Positions 38,301 to 47,300 of a stretch of DNA of 64,000 nucleotides are shown piece after piece. Every line of letters starts with the position of its first letter. Positions within the stretch are counted from its first letter, which is position 1. The notes below the pieces were generated by a model. The model saw only the letters and a program-made list of their open reading frames with translations. It did no database searches and was not told the DNA's origin. The stretch is from the NCBI GenBank assembly GCA_029004215.1, contig JAQULH010000001.1:11947-75946 (forward strand), read 5' to 3'. The position numbers were made by a program, and so were the translations under genes. This DNA comes from Patescibacteria group bacterium (GTDB lineage: Bacteria; Patescibacteriota; Patescibacteriia; 2-12-FULL-60-25).

Positions 38301-41300
38301 ACGGATGTAGGTTGCCAAGGCTACAAGGATGTAGAGGATATAACAGCGCCGGAAATCCCTGCCAACTTAACTGCCAAGGACCTTTGTCCGGCTATTTGCG
38401 CCGGTTATGGAGAGTACCGCAAGTTGCCTTCGACTTTTGACCTGGTAAAAGACCCGTCCCACCCGCCTTTTGACGATCCGCAAGACGAGACCACCTCGTA
38501 CTTCATTCCGGGCTCTTTGACTGAGGCCTGCTCGCTTGAGGATGTTGGCTGCGAACCGTTTACCAGCATGGAAGCAGCTACCAGCACCGGCGAAAAAGTC
38601 GCTTATTATAAAGATGTGCGCCTGTGCCAAAAGCCCAATGACCAGGCAGCTACGTATTTTACTTGGGAAGGGTCAGATGTTTCCGGTTATCAGATCAGAA
38701 CTTGGTCGCTGATTGCATCTGATCCGGCCAACGTCACTTCAAGTGCGCCGAAATTAGTCTTGCGGGGAGGCAGCCTCGGGCAGATCAAAGATCCGGCAAC
38801 TTGCAATGATGTAACTTGGAAGCTGGGCAATGACCCGGATTGCCGCCAGTTCTATGATGTGGGCGGTCATGTCTATTATATTTTTTATTCCCAGACAGTA
38901 TCTTCAGACCCGACCTGTACGACTTATCGCAAGGATGACTCGACCGAGGCGGATTGCGTAAAGACCGGAGGAGATTTTGTGATGGCCAGCAAGTCCTGTA
39001 CTTATCAGGCACTGCCTTCAGAAAGTCTGTCTTGTCCGGCCACGGCCGGCGGTTGCCGCGCTTACCTCGGCCCAACCGGTCGCAATGCAATCAATGTTTT
39101 CCGTGATACTTTTGCCACAGGCACCCAAATAGCTTTTGATAAGTCACAAGGCGGCAATACCACACTCCAATATTCCAATGAGTCGGTTTTGGTGGGGGAC
39201 AGGTCGCTCAAACTCGAAGCTCCGCTCGGTTCATCAATTGATGCGACGCTCAAGCTGGCCATCAATTCGACCAGCACGCTCATGCGGGTTTCGTTCTGGG
39301 CCAAGGCCAACCGGCCACGCGGCCAAAACGACCAGCCTTCCAAAGTCATGATTGACGGGGTTGAGGCCGGGACTTTTTATCCGGATGCCGTTTGGTCCCG
39401 TTTTGAGGTCGGTCCTTTCACTGCCAAACAAAATCCGACACTCGTCGAGATTGTGGCCCCGTCCCAGTCCCAGACACAGAACAACATAATTTATGTTGAT
39501 ACGTTCAGCGTAGACCAGTTGAATGACGTGCAGTTTGTGCGCAAGAACCATTGGGCAATACCTTTGGCTTGCGACTCAACGCCCGAGGGCACGCCCGAAC
39601 CGCGCTATATGGTAGGTTGCCGCGAATATAGCAGCCGAAACGGCGATACGGTTTTTGTCCGCAATTTCAGCCGCTTGTGCCGTGATACAGCCATAGGTTG
39701 CAGCGCCTTCATCGATACCAACGACAAGCCTCAGCCTTATTCCGAAACCAAGACAATCAAAGGCACGAATTTTCCTGCGGATTTTAACTTGAACAGCTAT
39801 GCCAAGCACGGTGCGGCTAAGGCTTACGAAGAACAGTTCTTTGGCGATTGGTCGGTAACCAGCCAACCTTACCGTTATTATTACGCCATTGATGACGCCC
39901 GGGGGCGGTGCGATTCTTCGCAAGCTTCTTGCCGAGGTTATGGCAAACCGATTTTCCGCCAGGACAGGATTGCTTTGGCAACCACCACCTATCAAGTTGA
40001 TCCGGCTAATGCGGACATATACTACAATCAAAAAGACTTGTTCGGTTTTGATACGGTCCTCTTTAAGGATGATTGGAGCAAGTATCTTAAGGACAATGGC
40101 GATCCGAACATGGCTTGCCGCAAAGACGAGCTGTTCTGTGACCAGTTCAAGAGCGGCAACGTGACAGAATATTTCCGAGATCCGGGTAAGCAGGCCTGCG
40201 TCTGGCGCGCTTCTAAGAAGCTGACCAAAAATGCAGCTTATAACATCCCGTCGGACGGAGATTATTCCGGTTGGTTCCGCGAGGGCACGGACATACCGTG
40301 TTATCCTCCCTACCTTTCGTCCGGCAATAATTATTTGATTCAGTACACCGGCGAAAGCGATTATGCGGGTTGGGGCGGCAAGTGCCCGGTTGACCAAAGC
40401 GAGTGTACCGAATTGGTCGATCCCAATGACACTTCTGATCAGTCGCATCCAAACGGAAGGTCTTATTATGTCATTAACGGTCCTAAGCTTGATAAATCTT
40501 CATGCGGCGGCACAGCTGATCCGCTTTCGGGCTGTATCCTCTTCCAAGATAAGGGGGTCGGCACGTTGCAGGCCAGCAGCCAAGCCACTTATTCCAAGGT
40601 CATGGCCGAAAGAGGGGCAGCCCAACCGCCTATTGATTGCAAAGGCAACCCGGGTGACCAATATTGCGTAGCGACCAGGAAATGTAAGAATTTCAAGTCC
40701 ACCTACAATACTAATATCGTTGTCCCGCCGGGAGACAGCATCGGCGCCGCCGGGGACGAAAATGAGTTTAATAAAAATTGGACCAAATATCTAAAAGACA
40801 GCAATCTTGAAAATAAAGTTTGCACCCAACCGTCCCAATGCAATTCGGATGTCAAAGTCAGTTCTAGGGGCGGGGCCATGGTTACCATTGGTTTTGTTAC
40901 AGGTGATTGTCCGGAAAGCAGCAACGATGCCAACGTGGTCATAAAAGTCAAAATGGACCGCGAATGCGCGCGTTGGATGGGTTGCCGCACGGGTGAGACT
41001 GTTTACGATGCCGGGCAGAATAAATACGTCACCCAATGTACGGACATGAATATCTGCGAACGCAATGGTTCGCGGAATGATGATATTTATTGTTCCAAAT
41101 TTACGGAACGTGACAGTGAAAATTTCTTGTCGCCCGGCCAGTATGTCGATACTGACAGTTATAGCGGCCGCGAGGTCGGTTTCGGCAAGATGGATTATTC
41201 CGGCTTGATTTCACCCGACCATTATTTGGTGGCTGACATCCAGACCAGGGCGGTAGGTTATGACCTTTTGAGTGGCAGCAAGCTGGCCGACCGTTATCGC

Positions 41301-44300
41301 TATGATTTGCGAGCCGTAGCTGAAGTCCCAAGCGACGCTAAGGAAATTAAAGGCGTGGAAGACCCGCTCTTCAAAGTACCCGGCATAAGTTTATGTAAAG
41401 ATGTGCGGACTGACCGCGTAGGTTATTCAGAAGACGGAAAGTGTATTTTGCCGATCAGCGAAGCTTCATCTTTGATGCTTGTCGCCGGACAACTGACAAC
41501 GGATCTGACACGTGATATCAGGCAACTTTATAATTCCTTTGAATCAGGCTACGCAGATACAGGCAATAATGTGTTGCAAAGTGCCATGCCATTGCCTGAG
41601 TGCCAGATTTATCCGGAAGAAGCCTCTCCTTTGCCAAACCAGTACGTGGCAGAATGGAACAGCTCGGTCAACCCTCCAACGCCCAAGAAGATGGTGGAAG
41701 GTTATGAGCATGCCAACGCTTGCGTATATAAGGAAGATTGTTCCTGTTCTTACCGTAAAGTCAGGTATTCGGGCGGGGAGAGATATTATGCCCTGGATGG
41801 CGCTGCGCCGTCGGTGGGTATTTGTATGGGCGGCGATTTGGACGGACAACCCTGCGTACCCGGAGGCTATGTGGCAGTCGGCGCGCAGAACAGAGTTCTG
41901 TCAAAATCAACAGTCACGGATTCCTGCAAAGGGGGAACTTGCTTGCCTATCCAGGATGTTGTTTCCGTGTTTGGGAAATATGGTTATTGTCTGGAAAGGG
42001 ATCTTACCAGGATTAGCTCAGCCTCCCAAACCATAGCTCCCTGCCTTACGTGGAGCCCCATGGCTGTTTTGGGCGGCAAGTACGACGTATCGCACCGTTC
42101 TCCAACCGCCAGCTACACTCCTCCGCAAGGCATGGGTGAGTATTACTGCTCAAGCGGGGCCAACGTGCAAAAGTTAATTACTCCAAACGTCACTACGGCT
42201 TATGAAGCCGGGTATATAAAACACTGGGCCAGTACGGATTTCATAATGCCGGGCAACCAGCAGCAGTTTGCCTATTCGCGGCCCGATGTCTGGTGGAATA
42301 CCAAAACAAAGAATAATTACCAAAATATTTACCTTGATGGTTCGTCCAACCTTTACCAAGACAGTACTTATTCCGCTTGTCCCACTTGTTCAATTAAATT
42401 GGATGAAACTGCGGCGCACGTGTGCACAGTGGGTGTCGGCAAGGTTGGAAAAGGTTGTACCAACGACGTTGATTGCGGCAGTGGCGGTAAGTGCGGTGAT
42501 AGTTCCACGCTGCGCGTAACCGGCAATGAAACCAAGAACATGCAATATGCCTGTCGCCGCGCATCCCTTTGCGAGGGCTTAAGGCCGGAAGACAAGGATG
42601 TGAGCACTTCTTGTGATACGGCTGAGAACCGTTTGGCAAAGAACAGCAAATGTCAAGATGCCAATAACCAAGATGGCCTTTGGATTCAGACAGGTGGGGG
42701 CTTCAGCCGTTCTTATTTGGAATACTTCATACCTTATCGTCCAAGCTTTGAGGGTTTGCAACAGGATGCTTCGAGGCCTAACCCCAATTACTTTGACTAT
42801 CGGTTTGGGCTTTTCAGGTTCGGCATACAGCCTGATGCTGTCGGTTCTGCTTGTAAGTGGAATCCCAAGTGGTTTGGGATGGATTATCCGACTGTTAACC
42901 AGGACAAACAGACGGCTTTCTCTTGTACTAACTTTTTGCAGCAGGTCCAAAGCGCTTCCAACCAAATAACCCAGCTGGCGCAACAATCCATGCCCTTGAT
43001 TTTGGACAGGGGTTCTGAGGAATTGTTAAGTGATCCGCAGGGCGTGCCGTATAAGCTGGGTTGTTTAGGCAACCAGTCAGGCTCGTGTTACTTTAAATTT
43101 TGGCAGTCCGGTTTCAATGACCAGGACCAGGGAGAATTCAATTGGATTGATGGAGGAGGTTATAAGACTACCCCCGAGACTTTTAGGTGGGAAAAGGTCT
43201 ACAGCATCTGGTACGGCCAACAGTGCAGGTCCGGCAGACCCTATTTTGCCATCAGGGCCATGTTCCAAAATGTAAATTCCGCAGAAAATGCGCTGGAGCC
43301 GGACGAGGCCAGGTTTGATAAACTTTCAGGGCCTTGGCAGTTCATAGGGTTTTGGGTCACGACTTGTATGCCCAACCAGGTCTTGAATGATCCTGGTTTG
43401 ATGTATTTGCGTTTGGATATAGTTAAGGCAGATGTCTGCAAGGAGGTGTCGCAGGTTATTGCGCCATATACCAGGGAAAGCGCGGCTTTCGCTGACAGGG
43501 TCTGGGCCCAAGGGAGGTTTATCTTGCCGGTTTTGGGTTTGCAATATAATTCGCCCAATGAACCTTTTGGGTCAGCCTTGGCTACCAAGCAGATTGGCAA
43601 TGATCCAATGCTCATGGGCGCTTCGGTCCCGCTTTCAGGCGATTACCTGAAATCACCGACTTTCGTTGATTCTGGTTTGAGCATGCAGAGCATATTTAAT
43701 GATCAGCAAAATTCCTGGATGCCTTTGTCAAATTTGTTTGCCAGGATTTATAAGGTTTACCGTTGGTCGCCTTACACGGTCAATGTAGGGGACTGGGCCT
43801 GCGTCAAGGGAGATAAGATGGCCAATAAATGCAGTGTGAATGCCAACACTTACCAGGGTCTGATAGATTGCGGAGATTACGCCACTTGCTCCGATGAACT
43901 TGATACAAGCTTGGTCAACCTGGATTGGCGTTGCAATGCCTTGTCCGGCGTTAACCGCGGGTTAAGTTGCGGTACGTCGAATAATTGGACCTCGCCGACC
44001 AGAAACTCTGATCCGATTTGCCATAATGCGGCTGTTTACGCCCACAGGGATTCTGTAACTAATAATATATCCACTAGCCATTGCAGCGAACAGGATACGA
44101 GTGATTGCGTATTGTCCAAACCCGGTTGCGAACCGGCCAACCAAGCCCACCCTGACTTTTTGGCCTACACGGTTAACAGCAAGGATTATGACCCCGCCAA
44201 GAAAGACTTTACTATCAACTTTAAGCCGTTTATATGCACGGACCAGAATTTTTATGCTTTTCCGACTTTGGAAACGGTCAGTGCCAATACCATCCAGGCG

Positions 44301-47300
44301 TCCAAATGGTCTGATGCCTCCATGCTGCTTTATGCTGCTTTGAAGGTTTCCTTGAAATGGAGATGTGATTACAATTTAGACGGTTCGCCGCCGACCTGTG
44401 ATCCTATAAGCGACTTCTGTGGGCAAGGCCAGGGCAACGCCAGTGTTCTTGGTATTTTAGCCGCCCTCAATGCTCAATTGATAGGCGCCAACGACTCATA
44501 CGACATGAGGAGCGCTTTTAAGGCAGCTTTTGACAACGAAAAATCCCATCCCAACTTTAACGGCATTGATTCGAGTTACAATGCCTTCACCTCGCCGCTT
44601 AACGGAGTCATGAACCTATGGAAGACAAAAGGTATAACTGAAAAAACACTGCCTATCAGAATTGCCCTGGGCAAATGGAATATAGATAGGCTTAGTCAGC
44701 TGATTAATTATAAATGCAGCGCCGATTCGGTTAACGCAGACCACCGTTGCCTGGCCATCGGTTCACTGCCAACAGATTTGAATACGTTCATACAAACGCA
44801 TAACGGAAACCAGCCAATCGCCAATGACTTCCCGAATTTGTATAAGTCCTATCAGACTTTATATTGTCCCAAGCGCATAGACCCCTGCGGTACGCCCGGC
44901 GTGCCCCAGTACCCGTATTACAATCCTCCTCCCGGCAAGTCGGTTATGGATATGGAAGGCTTGTCGCCGCCAGCTTGCGGTTACTGTTCTCTGAACGATC
45001 CCACCGGATGGGGCGCTTCCCAGAATGACCAGTATTACGGAAAGATGCCCAAAGACGCCCAAGGCAAGGATACCGGTTATTGCGTAGGATTTAGCAAATA
45101 TTCACGTTGCAGTACGAATGCCGATTGTACGTTCAATAATTTTGAATACTGGGGCGCCCATCAGGAAGAGACCAGGACAGACGGCATACTTGGTTATGAT
45201 TATGACAACCTGACAGTTGATTTCCCGTTGTTATACCTGCAAGATGACAAGTCTCCGATAAGCAAGGATCCGCAACCCACTGCCGTGAACCTGCCTACGC
45301 CTTTGTTCGAAAAAACAGACTTGGTACCGGGCGATCTGATTAAGGATGAATACCGTGTGCCGGATAAATATTCCGAACCGGCCGTTTTGACCGTCTTGAA
45401 CAGCGGCGACAGTGTATGCCTATTAAGACCCGTCGGCAAAATTTGTATGGCCATCGCCCAAGAATTGTTTGATAGGTATGGCGAGACCAACAAGACGGAC
45501 GGCGTAGCCTTGGGCTATAAGGATATGCATAGTGGCCAGTCAACTCTGAACAAAGTCGGGGATGTGATGGCTAAGCTGGCCCAAGATTCTTATTGGGCCC
45601 TAGTGCCAGGCTATAACGGGATCAAGCTAATAGAAGATATTTGCGGTGATAAGTGCGATCCGTCTGCCGGGCACAGGAAGGACTATGGTGATACCTTGAT
45701 AAAGGAGCTGATGCAAGAATTCGATAAATGCGAAACCATTTGCGATAACGGCGCCGTTTTGGCACCCAACGGCTATGCAGCCCATTTTGAGGATATTGTT
45801 AATAAGAGCGTGGCCACACCGACCTCAAAACCTGTCAGAACAGTCAGCCTGGCTCCGTTTGTTGTTAATCCATTATGGGAGACGATTCGTTCAATCGGTT
45901 ACTCCACAAATAAGACAATAAGTTATTGCGAAGAGGACGGGGATAATTTTGCGAAAGACAATAATTCTTGTTGCCAGGGTAGCAGCTTCCAATCTTCTTA
46001 TGTTACGGCCTACTTCTTGAAGGGATTGTATTACCAATATAGCTGGCGCTTTCAGATCCGCAATATATATGATGAAGACAAGTGCGGGGATGTACCGCGT
46101 ACCTGGGAATCGTATATGCCGTACGCAGTCGACGGCGTCCCTCTGGCCGGCATATTTAATATAACTTCTCAGTTGACTGGGACTTTCTTGGACAATTACC
46201 CCCGTTTTGAGCTCCTCTGGCCTAATGGTTTTGACCATAGGCTCCAGGACCTGGGCAAAGATACTTTGGTAAATGACATGTTCCCCTGGTCTGTAAGTGA
46301 GGTTTATTTTACCAGCCTGTTCCCTCTACTGGATAAAGGTTACAGCTTGTTTGACACGAACCCAGCGAAAATCCTTTACAACGGTGCAATCAGCTGGTTC
46401 CAGTATATGAGGATTTGGAGTGGTTTTGGCTATTCCGAAGATCTTAAAAATGCTTTTGACAATTATTTGGTGGCTTTACAGGACAAAACCAACAAGCAAG
46501 CGGCCTTTGATAATGCCAAGGCCAGTGATGACAAGGCCTGTTCCAATCAGCCAGACCCTTTGTTTTGTGATTATTCCGCAACCACTAAAGCTCAAGCGGA
46601 GTTGGATAAGATAAAAGATGATTTTACCAAGGCAGAAGCGGCTTATCAGAAGCAATATAAAATTGACATGCAGGACCATTATTTCAGCCAGACGGGCTGG
46701 GGGACTTTAATAGACGAAAATGATCCCAGGCTGCAGCTTTATCCGGGGGCTTTGCCGGCGGCTAAGCCTTTGGCAGACAAGGCTGCTTCTGCAGCAGCTC
46801 CCCTTAAGCCAATATTTGTTCCTGGCCATTGCGAGCCGCCTAAAAACGGTACGGATTTTGACTCTAAACAACTGGCCGCCCGCGGCGTTGACCTGGGGCT
46901 GCAAGATAAAGATGCGGGTAAATATAATATTGCCGGCAAACCGGCATTTACCTGGCCAGCGGGCGGGGCTAACGATTCTGGCTATAAGACATGGTATACC
47001 GATACAGTTTATGGAGGCGCAGGTTTTAGCAGCGGTTGGCATGGTGCGACAGATTATTACAATCCGCCGAATCAGGTTCAGTCGGACAAGCTTGAGGGCG
47101 ATGGCACCGGCGCGAGCAATGGGTATACAGCTGCGACTTATGACAGTTTGGTGAATATCACCAATCCTCCCGAGGCGTATATTCCGGCAGAAATTGTTCC
47201 TGATCCGTTGGGACGATTCGGTGAAGACATCCTTATGCCGGCTCCGGTAGGCAGCGTCGGGAAAATAAGCAGAACCACTTGTCGTTGCGATGGAGGCGTA